The notes under the pieces were generated by a model that worked only from the letters and a program-made list of their open reading frames with translations, was not told the DNA's origin and searched no databases. The position numbers and the translations under genes are program-made. This document shows, in pieces, positions 38,117-50,924 of a DNA stretch of 64,000 nucleotides. Positions within the stretch are counted from its first letter, which is position 1. Every line of letters begins with the position of its first letter. Source of the DNA: Lobosporangium transversale (Eukaryota); assembly GCF_002105155.1 (NCBI RefSeq), contig NW_019029011.1:186001-250000 (forward strand), in the 5' to 3' direction.

Positions 38117-40061
38117 ATGGGAATCGAGAGCCCTCGGTCTCCTCTTCTAAAGAAGGGCTACGAGACGACTCTTCACTACTACGCATCAGCCTGCTCGATC
38201 TTTAACCCTTCCAACTCCTTGAGCCACAGTACCTATACCAGACTCGATATCCCGGGAACCTTACTCCAATCATTCCCTAGATACAGCCCACAAGATCCTG
38301 GAAAGAGGGCTGGGAGGTATAGAACGCCTGGGAACCTTGCCCACTATCTCGGTGGCGACCTCTGTGAGGGAAAAAGGCTTACTCATATACACTGAGAGAA
38401 GGTGCGAGCCAAGGCATTGATAGACGCTTAAGAAGGGCTCGACGAGCCAGATTGACGCGTGGGAAGCAAGCGTCGGATCTGAAAGAAACAATTCTTGACC
38501 ATTACAAAGGCATTATAGGTAAAGCCTTTCACTGATCGAAGGAAGCATGAGATTTGTTCGCGAAGCACCTGTGGAGCAAGAACTGACTTACTCAAGAATG
38601 TTAATTCCAAGTAAACGTCGCTATTGTGACTGGTTGCCAGCTCGAAGTTATTGTGCCTCGAGACAGTGATTCTGGTGTATAAGCTTACAAATGTACTTGC
38701 CACCCTGAGCATTACACGGGTTCAGCTAACAGTACTGTGCATAGTGAGCAACTGGCAGCCCGACTTGGAAACATCCCTAACTACGAAATTGCCAGGAAGA
38801 AGGATGGATAAATTAATGGCATACTATAAAAAAAAGTCTAAAAGTTTGGATATCATATTAAAGTCCCTCTTTTTTAAAAAAAGAAAAAAAATACCCCAAG
38901 AGCATTGTATAAGACCCTTGTGAGACAATGAAGTGAAGAGAAACAGAGTAGCTGACAGGCACTTTGAAGACACTATACGGATTTCCGTGGATCAACAGCA
39001 AAGCAAATGCCTGTCAGCTTCACTTCAGACTCCTGTACTTGGTTTGAATAGAAGGTGGCGTGGTAATGTACTAGCTCTTTATCCCTTTTCCCCTGCATTT
39101 CCGTTGTTCTAGCCCACTTTTGCAACCTTTACATGGACATTGCATTCCAGAAGAACAAGTGCTCAGATACGTTCAATACCTTTCGCTCTATCGGTCGAGT
39201 TCCTTTCTAATAGCCTCCTTCTGCCGCAGGAACGAAGTATAAGTGTCGAGAGCGGTATTCATTCAAGACTCCCGAAAACTCGAGCATGCTCCTCCAGAGG
39301 TCAAAAAGCAATACAGTAGAAAGAGCAAAAAACAACTCTAACGCAGATGCTCTTGATGCTAGCGAGCAAAAGAAGCAGAAGGAAAAGGCGACAAAGCCAC
39401 GAAAAACGGTGGACGAAATGGATAAAAATGGCTTGACCAGGGCTATGCAGTATGAACACCGAACTAGGTTCTTGATATCGGAACTGTCAATGGTAACTTG
39501 AGTAGAATACTGAATGATAAGCCAAGGTTAAGACCTGCCTCCAAGAAGTCATTTGCCACGCTTCGAAGAACAAGCGTGCTTGCCAGAGAGTTATTGACCA
39601 GTACATTGAATAGCTTTCAGCTACCTCATCTGAACGGTAGATATATATTAGCACTCCGACCGATATCCATACTTTATTTTTTCTTTCAGGCCTAATCCCT
39701 TAGCTACATAGTTGTCAGTGTGAATGAATAATATTCCTCCAAGAAGTACACGAGCTGCCAAGGAATTGTGGGACAGGTTAATATCCGCTAGCTTTATTGC
39801 TCCAAATGCAACGCATTTATGCATAGAGATGTGATAACCAGCTACAACATAGCCAACATCGTCCGTGGCTATCTGCTCTACCAACAGCGACCCCCATATT
39901 TTCAGCCGATAGACAAGGATGGAAATTATTCTTGGATGGATGACAGCCGTTCAGTGTACACCAAACATCAAGCACTATTCAAGGCAGAGGGCCAAGAAGC
40001 AAGAAAAAAGCGTGTCAGCAGACACGCTAGACTAGTTTGGAGTCAACGATCTTTCCACTGA
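38117..40061 (+). pseudogene. Second PIN(XPG)-Fanzor gene, heavily decayed and internally deleted
   Basis: MGIES..LLKKGY, RLDIPGT, YLGGDLCEGK and VLATLSITRVQLTVLCIVS (PIN remnants); YEHRTRFL-DIGTV; one frame from 39711 reads VVSVNE*YSSKKYTSC...LYCSKCNAFMHRDVITSYNIANIV (RuvC-II, Zn finger, RuvC-III). Confidence 0.8.
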
Positions 40062-40770
40062 GAGTGGGTTGTGCTGTACTCAGCGTCATCACTGCCTGTT
40101 TCACACCCCGCGCCCCACGGTTCCAACAATGTTACCATGGCCATCAGCCCACTTCCCACTATTTACTACATCTGGGGTATGCCAGCATTGACACTTTTAA
40201 GCCATTGTCATTGATATTGGATGGTCGCTTATGCTTATCACATTATGTGGGCTCTTGGCAATAGGAATATCTTACATGAAGCCTACCCGTGGTTTCTCTG
40301 CTGAAATGAACGCCTCTATCACGATTTAGTTTGCTCTAAGCTGTCTCTTCCTGTCTCCTCGACCTATTGCATCTTATGCGCTGATATTATTATTTACTTG
40401 CTCCCTGGAAGGGACTCATGTCCATGAGCTCGCAATTCATTCTTGCCCCCCGCTGCTCCTGGGTTGCTACCTTGCTTCCTACCACTGTTGTTTCTGGCTC
40501 TTTAACTTAAATTGTACAAAAAGCCTTTCAAAAAAAAAAAAAAAATGGAAAATTTAGGGGTAGGTATGATAGGAGATTTCGAGTCGTTTTGGTGGGTTGT
40601 GAAGCCAGTCACTTCTAGCTACAGATAGATGAAATAACTCTAACACAATAAAAGAACAGCACACTACTCAAAGACTGAACAAGAACAGTCAGTACTCAAA
40701 TGGCTTTTGTGTAAAAGAAGGACAAGGAGCCAAGCTGTTGCTCGTTAAATAGTTAGTGGCGAACCCTCTC

Positions 40771-40817
40771 CACGTGACTAAAAACTAAAACAACGTCTGT
40801 TTGCCTATACTCACGTG
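40771..40817. promoter_or_regulatory. Paired CACGTG E-boxes (Cbf1-like TCACGTG) upstream of the 14-3-3 gene
   Basis: CACGTGAC at 40771 and TCACGTGA at 40811. Confidence 0.45.
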
Positions 40818-40973
40818 ATGCTGACCCCCCAAGTGACCCATTTCTTTTTTCTGTTCCTTGGGGCCTTTTTTTTTTTTTTTTTTCTCAACAATCGAACTCC
40901 ACATTCATATCCCTTCTTCAACCTCACCCTTTTTCTTTACAGCTATTTTTCATCTCTTCAAAAAATATCCACA

Positions 40974-42811
40974 ATGACAGAGCTTACCCGTGATAACCAT
41001 GTCTACCTCGCCAAGCTCGCAGAGCAGGCAGAACGCTATGAAGGTAATAATACAAAAGGCATTTTTTGTTTCTTACTCTTTTTTCTCACACGCATTGTTT
41101 CGTACAATCAAGAGCCTCACTGGGACATTTAAAAGCAATGCGACAACGACAATTCCAACTTGGTTCACCGCATTAGACCATGATTAAGATCGCTAGCAAG
41201 GAATCGCTTAATCATGTCTTGTCGCTCCAACAAAAAAAAAAGTGCGCGAGAGATGATTAGGTGAGAGTGAATGGCGACTTCGAACCACACCAAATGAGAG
41301 AGGATATATCCTTTGTCATCAAGTAGAAAGCCATTTTATTTTATTATTACTATTTTTTTTATTTTATAAGCTATATGGGTTGTCATCTACAAGTCTGTAA
41401 AGATAAGCAGAATGCTCAATGGCGCGGGTGATTACATCTTGCCAGAGAGGTTATTCTTCTCGTGTGGGTTATGTGTGTTTATGTTATGAGTCTATTTTCG
41501 TGATGAAGCGGTTTTTTTCTGGCAATCCTTGTCAGGTGTTACACTATCTCTTTCATAGACTATGCCTTTTTATAATTCAACTTCACGTCACATTTTCAGT
41601 GAAAGAGGTTAAGAACATGTGTGTGTTTTGATCCATTGCCGATAGAAAAAGATGGACAGGGCTCTTAGGTCTTTAATCAAGTAACAGGAAGATTGTATAT
41701 TTAAATATGTGTGTATCTGACCCGGGATCTCAAAATAAATTCCTTTGGTGTTGGCTCACGCTCTCGCTATGTCCTCCCCATAAGGAAGAGGGCCTCGTCG
41801 TGTTTTTGCAACAGACAAAAGCACGCACATGCATAAATTACACACACTCCACAGACATACATGCACAAACCATATCGTTCTCATTCGTCACCTTCATAAC
41901 AAATCGCAGTATTATTAAAAAAAAAGACTTTTGTGCTATGTCGCCATATTAACATGCTCATATCCCTGCTTGTTGGCCAATATAGAGATGGTCAAGAACA
42001 TGAAAGAGGTTGCTTTTGCTAACACGGAATTGTCAGTTGAGGAACGCAACTTGCTTTCTGTTGCCTACAAGAACGTGATTGGCGCTCGTCGTGCCTCCTG
42101 GCGTATTGTATCGTCGATTGAGCAAAAAGAGGAGTCCAAGGGCTCAGAGAGCAATGTTGCCATGATCAAGACTTACCGCGCCAAGATTGAGGAGGAACTC
42201 GCTGAGATTTGCAATGACATCCTTGATGTGTTGTCTAAGAACTTGATCCCTGCAGCTGTTTCAGGAGAGTCAAAGGTTTTCTACCATAAGATGATGGGTG
42301 ATTATCACCGTTACTTGGCCGAATTCGCCACTGGCGACAAACGCAAGGAGGCTTCTGACAAGTCTTTAGAGGCATACAAGGCAGCTGGTGAGGTTGCCAT
42401 CACTGAGCTCCCTCCTACCCATCCTATTCGCCTTGGTTTGGCACTCAATTTCTCTGTATTCTACTACGAGATTTTGAACTCTCCTGATCGCGCTTGTCAC
42501 TTGGCTAAGCAAGCCTTCGATGATGCTATTGCCGAGTTGGATACCCTCAGCGAGGAGAGCTACAAGGATTCAACTTTGATCATGCAACTTTTGAGAGACA
42601 ACTTGACTCTTTGGACTTCGGATATGCAAGAAGGTACGTCAAATCGCCAATAATCCTTATTTTTTTATGCATTTCTAGAATTCTGACCTAATCTTTTATT
42701 TCTTCCGTGTGCTCAACACCACTTCTGGGATTATATCGACATTACTCAATCACAACAGCCAACTCTAACCAGCCTGAGGGCACCGAGGCTGCTCCTGAAC
42801 CAGAAGCCTAA
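40974..42811 (+). CDS. BMH1: 14-3-3 protein, 3 exons
   Basis: [57 protein letters not shown]. Exons 40974-41043, 41986-42633, 42759-42811. Confidence 0.97.
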
Positions 42812-42910
42812 GTTCATTCGCCTTTTCTCATTTCCAAGCTTGAATCCATATCATTTGTCCAGATCAAACACCTAGCTAATAAAAGAAATAAAAAAATCGC
42901 TCCTCCTTAA

Positions 42911-43720
42911 TCATGGCGAGTAGCTATATATATAAAATTGACAATCGCTACCTCCCTGGATCAAGTAATGTTTCAATTCAGGTATCTCCCAACGCATCGA
43001 TAGAACAACCTTATGCTGGAGTTCGATAGCTTCGAGTAACAGTGGTGTTAACTTGGATAAGGCATCAGGAAGCAGATAGACAAAAAGATGTGAGCACTGC
43101 TCTATCAATCTTTTCATTGTTTGAGGTGCTTTAGAATTGGGCTCGGTGGGCATAACAGGAGAAAGAAGATCATCCTTCGTTGTCAGATCGCCATGATAAA
43201 GCTCTAGCCTAGAAAGAATATCATGCATTTCGGTCTTGGACTTGGGGTCTGTTTTTGTCTGTGCCTGGAGAAAGATCCTGTCCTTTGCTGCCTCCAGAAG
43301 TGGTTTATCCAGGTCGATACCAATGGCTCGTTTGAGCTGAGTTGAAGGAAAGGTTTGAAGGGCCTGGACCAGCACGATCCCATCGCCACAGCCAAGATCA
43401 AGGAGAGAGTCCCTGTTAGGAGTTGAAAAATGGACATGCTGCAACATATCGCTAAGAATGCCCTGTGGAGTTGGACGAAATGGAGAGATAAATCCACTTG
43501 CCCTAATCGAAAAAAGCAATTAGGAAATGGTAGACAAATAGGATAAAATACACGAGCATTTATTTATCAATTCTTACCAGTTGTATGAGAAAAGTCGAGT
43601 CGCCTTGGGCTTTACTTGGGCAAGCAAATCAGGATTGTTCTTGTAGCGATCATGTTCTTGCTCTTCAAAATCTGAACCTTTGTATGAATTTTTTGAAATC
43701 TGCTCAACCTCGTCTTCCAT
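42911..43720 (-). CDS. Class I SAM-dependent methyltransferase, 2 exons
   Basis: SPFRPTP, motif I LLDLGCGDG, AIGIDLD, LFVYLLP. These resemble FAM173-type protein lysine methyltransferases. Confidence 0.8.
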
Positions 43721-44046
43721 TTATACATTCAATCTTGATTTAAATGGTAAATACAGAAATGCAGAAATAAATGTGTGATGGAACACAATGTTAATGTCAA
43801 TTCAAGAATTTTCGAATTCCAGAATTCTTGGGCAAACAGAATATGATGACCTTCGCCTTCATGAGACATTATCATGACTACTCAATGAGAAAACAAAGTT
43901 GTCCACATAAGCCATTACTCGCAAGTACATTTATTCTATCCTCATCTACTCGGAAAAACCATGTCCATCCAATATTAACCCATACATCTATGATCTTGGA
44001 GGAGGTTATTCCGTCCCAATATGATAATGATTATAAATATTTTACA

Positions 44047-46488
44047 CTATGTACTCAGTTCGATGCCTTGTTTAGACATGGCTTTGAGAGCCTCCATTGC
44101 ACAATACCGCACAGCTTCGTGACCGCTTGTCTGGATCAGGTTAGCCAACTGTTGGATACCACCGTGGGCCGCAATCTTTTGGCTGATTTCTTTACCGCCA
44201 ATCATCACTAAATTTTTGAAACACTCGGCACCACGATGTCGCAGCTCGTCCATGCGACTGACTGCGACCGCATGGTCCACAATTGCAGCCTCCTGATCTG
44301 ACATTACATCCTCGATGGCCTTGGATTCCACCTCCTCAGAATTATCGGATTTAGAGCTAGGAACACCCAACGTTATCAGACTTGTCAAGATTTCCAAACC
44401 TCGTTCTTGAGCCATAATCATCTTGCAGACATCTGGACTCGTCGATAACACCGCTAGTGCACCTGAGGCGGCCCTTCGAGTCATAAAGTCGTCAGTGTCA
44501 GATAATGCAAGCATGAGATGGATCTTGTTCTTGCTTTTCTTAGGGTCGCTATACATCTCAAAGACAGGCTCAAAAAATATCATGTTGCAAAGAGCTTCTG
44601 TAGCAGCCCTACGAACCATGTTATTTTCTGAGAACTGAAGATTTTCCATCTTCTCGATCCCTCCTTGTTGCATAATAAGGCTTAACACTTGAACATCACC
44701 CATTGATCCGAGATTTGTCAGTGCCATTAGACTCTCAAATTGACACAATTGATCACTGCTGTCAAGAAGCCAAATAAAGGGCTTCACAAGCTCGGGTATC
44801 CGCTGATTTTTGAATGTCAAGCGAGGATCCAATGTGATGGTAAGCTTCGCAAGCGCCTGTACAGCGGCCGCTTTAGTTGATTCCGAAGATAACTCTTGTG
44901 ACTGTTGTTGCTGCTGTAGCTCAATTTGCTGTAATGCTAATGGTATTAATAACCGCACGACGCCTTGCTGAACTAGCAAACCACGAGTCTCTGGAGGCGT
45001 AATAAGGTTACGAAGCACTTGTGCAAGAGTCTGTCGAACAGTTTCAGAAGCATTCTGGCCAATTGCATGGAGAGTTGGCATGATTCCCAGCTTGACTAGA
45101 GTCATATTGCGCTGATTGACAACTTGCTCACTATCTAATGGGTCGTCCTGATCCTGGTGTAGCCGGTTTGAGGTACTTTTAGGTAGCGTGCCCGCCATCT
45201 TCTTCAATTTGAGCATCTGTTCCTGTTCTGCACTTAATCGCTTCCTGAACGCTGTAAGGTTGTTGAAGATGATGATAAGTCCATACTTGAGGGGGCTGCT
45301 CATTGTTTCTTCCCCGAGACGGAACAATGACAAGAGCAGAGGCTTGTCTGAAATGATAAATTGCTTCACACTCGGCTGGATACTCGCATATGCTAGACCC
45401 TCCACAGCATTCAGTTGAATTCCACTGTTACCATCGTTCTTATCCTCCTTGAGAAGTGTTGAAAAAAGCTTTGCAAGCTGAGCCTCATCACCAGCGTTAT
45501 CCTCTGTTTCCTCTTTAGGCGCTGATTGGCTCTGGGTTGTGTCCTCTAGGCCATTCAGCCCCACGGAGGGATCTTTACGAGCATCTGCCAGAGAAATCTT
45601 TGTTAATACAACTGCTGCAGCCCCCTTCAAATGCTGATTTTTAGTTGCTCCTCGCATTACAATCGATTTTAGGAATTCTGAGCAATGAAGGCCAATCGCA
45701 GTCCTTGTTTTGGTGTCTGCACAAGCCATGGAGAGTGTCTCTGTTAGGATGATTTGAATTTTCTCTGGCTCTAGTTCCACAGAATCCATCAACTCTACCA
45801 ATAACCCTTCCTTATTGAGGATTCCACAGCCGATCGCCATGTTCGCCTGAACAACTAATCCTAGTGCCCGATATCCTGCAATACGGGGGTTGAGTTTATC
45901 GGACCCTATATCCGCCAAAATGATCTTTGAGCTTGTGTCTCGCACATGATCCTTATTGGATGCCATTTCGAAGGCCTTAGTAAGAAGAATGACGACCATT
46001 GGCTTGAAATCCTGAGAATGCATGACTTCGCTAGTAACAGAGACTGCAGACGGCTTTGGACCACCAGGCTCTACAAGTAAGGTTGATTTGGTGGCGGTAG
46101 TGGGATTCGTGTTTGATAGGCGTAGGATTGCGGCGTACACATCGCTATCAAGTAAAGCGTCCGCAAAGGAAGTATCATTCATGACCATGCGAAGCAATCC
46201 CTTGATGATCGAGGTCTGAACTTGCGCAGCGAGACCTCCCTCTGAGGCTGAGTATTCCTTTAATTCTTGTGATGATTGCTTGGTAAGAAGCTCAGCACAG
46301 TGCCCAAGGAATTCAGCCTGCATTGCCCTGATAGGGGCTTTCTCATCCTCAGTCTTTGCGCTGGCAAGTGAGGCAACCAATGCAGAAGAGAGGTCCGTAA
46401 TGTTTTCAGGCGTGATGGCTTGATCATTATTTCCAATTATCTGGAGTAGTTCTTTGGCTTTGTCTACTTGTTCGTTGCTCCTGGACAT
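44047..46488 (-). CDS. SHE4: UCS-domain myosin co-chaperone (She4/Rng3/UNC-45)
   Basis: AVEGLAYAS, RGLLVQQG, AVQALAKL, QFESLMALTNL, MVRRAATEALCN, TRRAASGALA. Confidence 0.92.
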   Translation of the reverse strand: MSRSNEQVDKAKELLQIIGNNDQAITPENITDLSSALVASLASAKTEDEKAPIRAMQAEFLGHCAELLTKQSSQELKEYSASEGGLAAQVQTSIIKGLLRMVMNDTSFADALLDSDVYAAILRLSNTNPTTATKSTLLVEPGGPKPSAVSVTSEVMHSQDFKPMVVILLTKAFEMASNKDHVRDTSSKIILADIGSDKLNPRIAGYRALGLVVQANMAIGCGILNKEGLLVELMDSVELEPEKIQIILTETLSMACADTKTRTAIGLHCSEFLKSIVMRGATKNQHLKGAAAVVLTKISLADARKDPSVGLNGLEDTTQSQSAPKEETEDNAGDEAQLAKLFSTLLKEDKNDGNSGIQLNAVEGLAYASIQPSVKQFIISDKPLLLSLFRLGEETMSSPLKYGLIIIFNNLTAFRKRLSAEQEQMLKLKKMAGTLPKSTSNRLHQDQDDPLDSEQVVNQRNMTLVKLGIMPTLHAIGQNASETVRQTLAQVLRNLITPPETRGLLVQQGVVRLLIPLALQQIELQQQQQSQELSSESTKAAAVQALAKLTITLDPRLTFKNQRIPELVKPFIWLLDSSDQLCQFESLMALTNLGSMGDVQVLSLIMQQGGIEKMENLQFSENNMVRRAATEALCNMIFFEPVFEMYSDPKKSKNKIHLMLALSDTDDFMTRRAASGALAVLSTSPDVCKMIMAQERGLEILTSLITLGVPSSKSDNSEEVESKAIEDVMSDQEAAIVDHAVAVSRMDELRHRGAECFKNLVMIGGKEISQKIAAHGGIQQLANLIQTSGHEAVRYCAMEALKAMSKQGIELST

Positions 46489-47211
46489 TGCGTGATGTGG
46501 AGGAATGTTGTTTGTGTTCTCGAATGTTCAAACCCAGATCTTCAAGATGGGCGTGATTAACCACGTGATTTAAGGCGAGAGGCGACAAGGTCAATCCGAC
46601 TGGGGGTTGGGCTCGTAGGTAAATGTTATGGGTCTTCCTGTAAGGCTTGGTGGTAGAGCGAGAGGAATAAGTGTTGTATAATAAATGAAGTAAACCAAAC
46701 TTACCTGAGAATCTGTCAAGCAGCGTATCCGATCTTAAGATCCTAGGTGCTAGTGGTGGCTGTCAGTGTCTTTATCACAATATGTCTTGTAATTCAATTT
46801 AAAATAGGCGATGCGAATCACCGTTCAATACTCTCCATGAGCTATGGGGCCTGGTGGCATGATCATATGTCCATCTTTTTAGAGAGTACAGCTCGCTTTC
46901 TCGAAAAAGAAACAAGATTGCTTTCCAATATATAACATGTGCAACAATACTAATGATTGCTGCAAACGTGCAACACATGGTCACTATTCAAATAATAATA
47001 TTCTTTTCGCCTTGGGCGTTTGATATATCAAAAAGAATACATAGAGCTCCAAATTGGACTCGACACCGTTATTCCATGAATAATATGCACTACATTCTCA
47101 CAATTACCATACAGCCTAGTGTAAGTGTCGACCCTCCGTGGGATATCAGGATGTTCTCTAATTGTCAACTTCTTTTTATCAGCTTAAAAATGTAAAATTC
47201 TTTCATGAACG

Positions 47212-48096
47212 CTATGATCGGAAGCTCTTCGGACCCTATGTGAAAAAAGGGTGTATGGAGTTAAAATACGTTCTACAGTTGCTATAAGATGAAGATACCA
47301 ATGGCAAAGGAGGAAGAAAGCAGGCAAGGTACCATCTTGAGTGATTCTAACATGGCTTGAAGCGGCTGCAACGCAACTGACGTCAATTCTCGCTCCGCCT
47401 CTTCCACCCTACTATTGGCTTCATGGACAGAGGAGGTAACTAATTCAATTAGAAGCTGGATCGTAAAGAATAGGAAATGAGCTGTCAGCAGACATTTAGA
47501 TATTGTGATTCTAGCGATGCAATGATCGGATAGCCAACCTACTGCCAATTCATCGATCTGTCTATACATTTGATCGAGTATGTCCACACTCTCCATTAGA
47601 TCCTTTGTCTGTCTATTGAGTGTTGGTATCTGTTCTTTGATCTACAAATGGAAAGAAGAAGCAGATTCATGAGTGATACAGAATCCATTAATGTATCTAT
47701 ATTCTAAGCAATGCTATTAAGGCGTACCTGACTGATCTCTGTCCGGACACCATCTATTTGAAGAGCTACTGTTTGAATTTGAGCCTGTGTTTCCTTGACC
47801 TATAATCAGAAAAGATAATCGAGTTATTTTCTCATACATGTAGACTTCATAATTTGCAAAGAGTATAATTTAAAAATCGTTACCGCTTTTGCAGAGAGGA
47901 ACTCTACGTTAAACTCTTTAGCCAATTCCTGTGCAGCAGCGTACATTGGTTCACAAAGCTTATCGCTGCTTTCATAATTAGCTTGAGAGAGTGCGTCGAT
48001 GTCCTGCTCTATTTCTAAAGTTTGTTCTCCTAACGATGGCTTCTGGCTCTTTCCACTATTGTTCATGATGTCACTGTCTGTCCTAAATGTATTCAT
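47212..48096 (-). CDS. Small coiled-coil protein, possibly BLOC-1 subunit Cnl1/BLOS4-like, multi-exon
   Basis: GT-AG-bounded exons give ...LDQMYRQIDELA-LLIELVTSSVHEANSRVEEAERELT...GPKSFRS*. The family call is tentative. Confidence 0.5.
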
Positions 48097-48254
48097 GAGA
48101 ACGAGAATGTGGCTGACATGGAAAGGCCTAAAAAAAATAAAAATAAATAAAATAAAGAGTATTTACTTTCTCCTTTCCTCATGAACTAGCAGACTTGAAG
48201 GCAAAGGATCGTGGACAAGGCACAAACCAAATAGAAAAGAAAACGGAATCTGTT

Positions 48255-50888
48255 ATGCATGAGATTGTTACTTTGCAATTTGGCCATTATGCCAATTTTG
48301 TTGGGACGCACTTCTGGAATACTCAGGTGTGAGAAAAGGATCAAAATACACGTTTTCTACTGGAGGTGTAAGCATTTACTTAAACCTCTATTTTAATCCG
48401 ATTAGGAGGCCCATTTCAACTATCAACCATCTGCTCAGGATAATGATGCTACTCCAGAACCTCTTGACCACGATTGTCTATACCGGACTGGAATAACGAA
48501 CAGAGGCACCGAAACATATACACCAAGAGCCATGATCTTTGATTTAAAAGGTAGCTGAGATCTGGTGAAGGATCTTAATGAATATGAGGAACAAGAGTGA
48601 TTGTGGCAATGGCTAAACTATTGATTACTGACTTTGTATTTTTGTGACTCAGGGGGCTTCGGCTCAATCAATAAGTATAGGTTGTATGAGTCAGAATCGG
48701 CTCTTGACCACTACGATCTGTCATGGTAAGTTGTATGAAGTAAACTGCTGAAGTAAAAACCATTTCGGCCACATTTGGTTGAAGTAAAATTGTTTTTTTC
48801 TTTTCTCATAGGGATCCTTCAAAGATGGAGACGTTTCAGGAGGAAGAATACTCCAAATCTGCCTATCAGAAGCACTTAGAGGAAGAAGAGATGGGCGTAG
48901 GTCTTTATTTCACTTCTAATGCAAAAAAAAAAAAAAAAAAAAAAAATCTCACTATATTTTCTTATTGCTTCATTGATTAACCTGACTATTAGATAACTAT
49001 GGAGGAAGGGGAAGACGATATAGAAATGAATGAAATCAAAACTTGGTCTAATTTCAGCCGCGTGTATTTTCATCCAAAATCCATGGTGAATGTCAGTGGA
49101 TATCAGTTAAACAGTGAATTTATGCCCTTTGACGTATTCTCATATGGACGATCAGCCTTTGTCGAGACCGAGAAGGTATCAAAAGACCGATGGAGGGCTT
49201 TCTCTTTATTATTGCTCCTGTTATTATGACAAAAACTTGCTAGAGATATGGACGCTCTGACCTTCCACATCCATGAATCCTTCTTATTTCTAGGAGAAGG
49301 AATCATACGACGAAAACTTTAGATTATTCACAGAAGAATGTGATCAGCTGCAAGTTACGTGAGAACAAATACGGAATAGGTCAAAAAAAAAAAAAAAAAA
49401 AAAAAAGAATTGAAAGAATTGAATTATTGATCATTGCGATACACATTTTTAATTCTATTATACTTATTACAGGGGTTTCAAGTCATGGCGGACATTCTAG
49501 ATGGCTGGGGCGGATTCGCCACCAGTTACCTTGAGCAATTGCGAGAGGATTTTCCAAAAGCTACCGTAGTCACCTATGGTCTGAGTGACAATCAGATGAG
49601 AAAAAGTTCCACCATGGTAAAAGACACGTACTTTATTCACTTGGGCTCAATGCAAATAAGCAATTGCTAAACTTTATACTTAAATGCTCTTTCTTTCTTA
49701 TATAATATATATTATTGTTAGAAAGAGAGCCAGATATCAGCTGTCAATGAAGTGTTATCAATGACTAACCTTTCAGGCTTGTCGTCGTTTTATATTCCTA
49801 TTCGTGCCCCAAGTCTGTCTACAGTTGATACAACCGAATGGTCAAAATATATTCAGTTTGATGTAAGTAAAAATTTTGCAATTGATGATGAGAGATCTTT
49901 TATTTAATGATGATAATATACCATAGTAATTTTTTCTATTTTTTTTTTTTTTTTTTTTTTTTTGTAGCCTTCAAGTCGATATCATACAAGTGCCATCATC
50001 TCAGCGGGTATAGACTCTGCACTCCTACCATGCAGACTGCGCCACAACGTAATTCATATGCCAGATCTTGTGGGCTTGCTAAACTGGAGGAATATCACGA
50101 CTATCGGTACACTGTCCGTGGCGTTGCCCTTTCCTTTTGGCGCAGCGACGTTGCCTCGATTGATAGGTCCGCATTCGCCACTTTTAGATCTATCCTCATG
50201 GAAAATGAATTTAGTAAGTGATATAAGGAAAGAAATAATAATATGCTGCATTGTATTTCATAACTTAACAACCTTTCCCATCCAAATTTGAAAGGTTGAT
50301 AAGGCCTTTTCTCACTCTCTAGTATTACGAGGACTTGAAATGAATCAATTTACTAAATATACCACTGGGTAAGTTTTCTTCTTTCTATTAAGTAGTCTAA
50401 ATGCAAATTTATGCATCTTAATTCAGAACTACCCTGCTAATTGTAAATATATTCAACTTCTAGTACTCAGAGGGCCCCAAACGAACTTGTAGAAGAGCTG
50501 CTAGGCACATTACCGATTGGAAAGTCACTGAGTGACTCAAGGTGAACAGCTAAGAACCGGAGATGATGGTTTTATGTTCCTTTCTTTTGTGATTAGTTGG
50601 TTACAGTATCCATTGATAGTGTAGTCTTTTTTTTTTTTTTTTTTTTTTTTTCCTTTATTACAGGACCATTACGGCACTGAAGTATCCCATACCAACATCA
50701 TATCCTCGCTTTTTCAAAGGATTGACCCTTGATGGTTACCTGGAGACAGAGTAAGCTACTCTAAACATGCAATACAACATCATGCCAACAGTTTAATTCA
50801 GAATTTTCAAACTCATTTCTATCTTCTTCCTCTTCTGGACACCAGTAATTACTCGTCTAACATCCGTCCAGATGGAACAAGTAAAGGT

Positions 50889-50924
<36 letters not shown>

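Noticed and set aside
41044..41985. Possible snoRNA in the unusually long (942-nt) 14-3-3 first intron
   Set aside because: A TGATGA occurs near 41501, but I found no suitably placed CTGA box or terminal stem.
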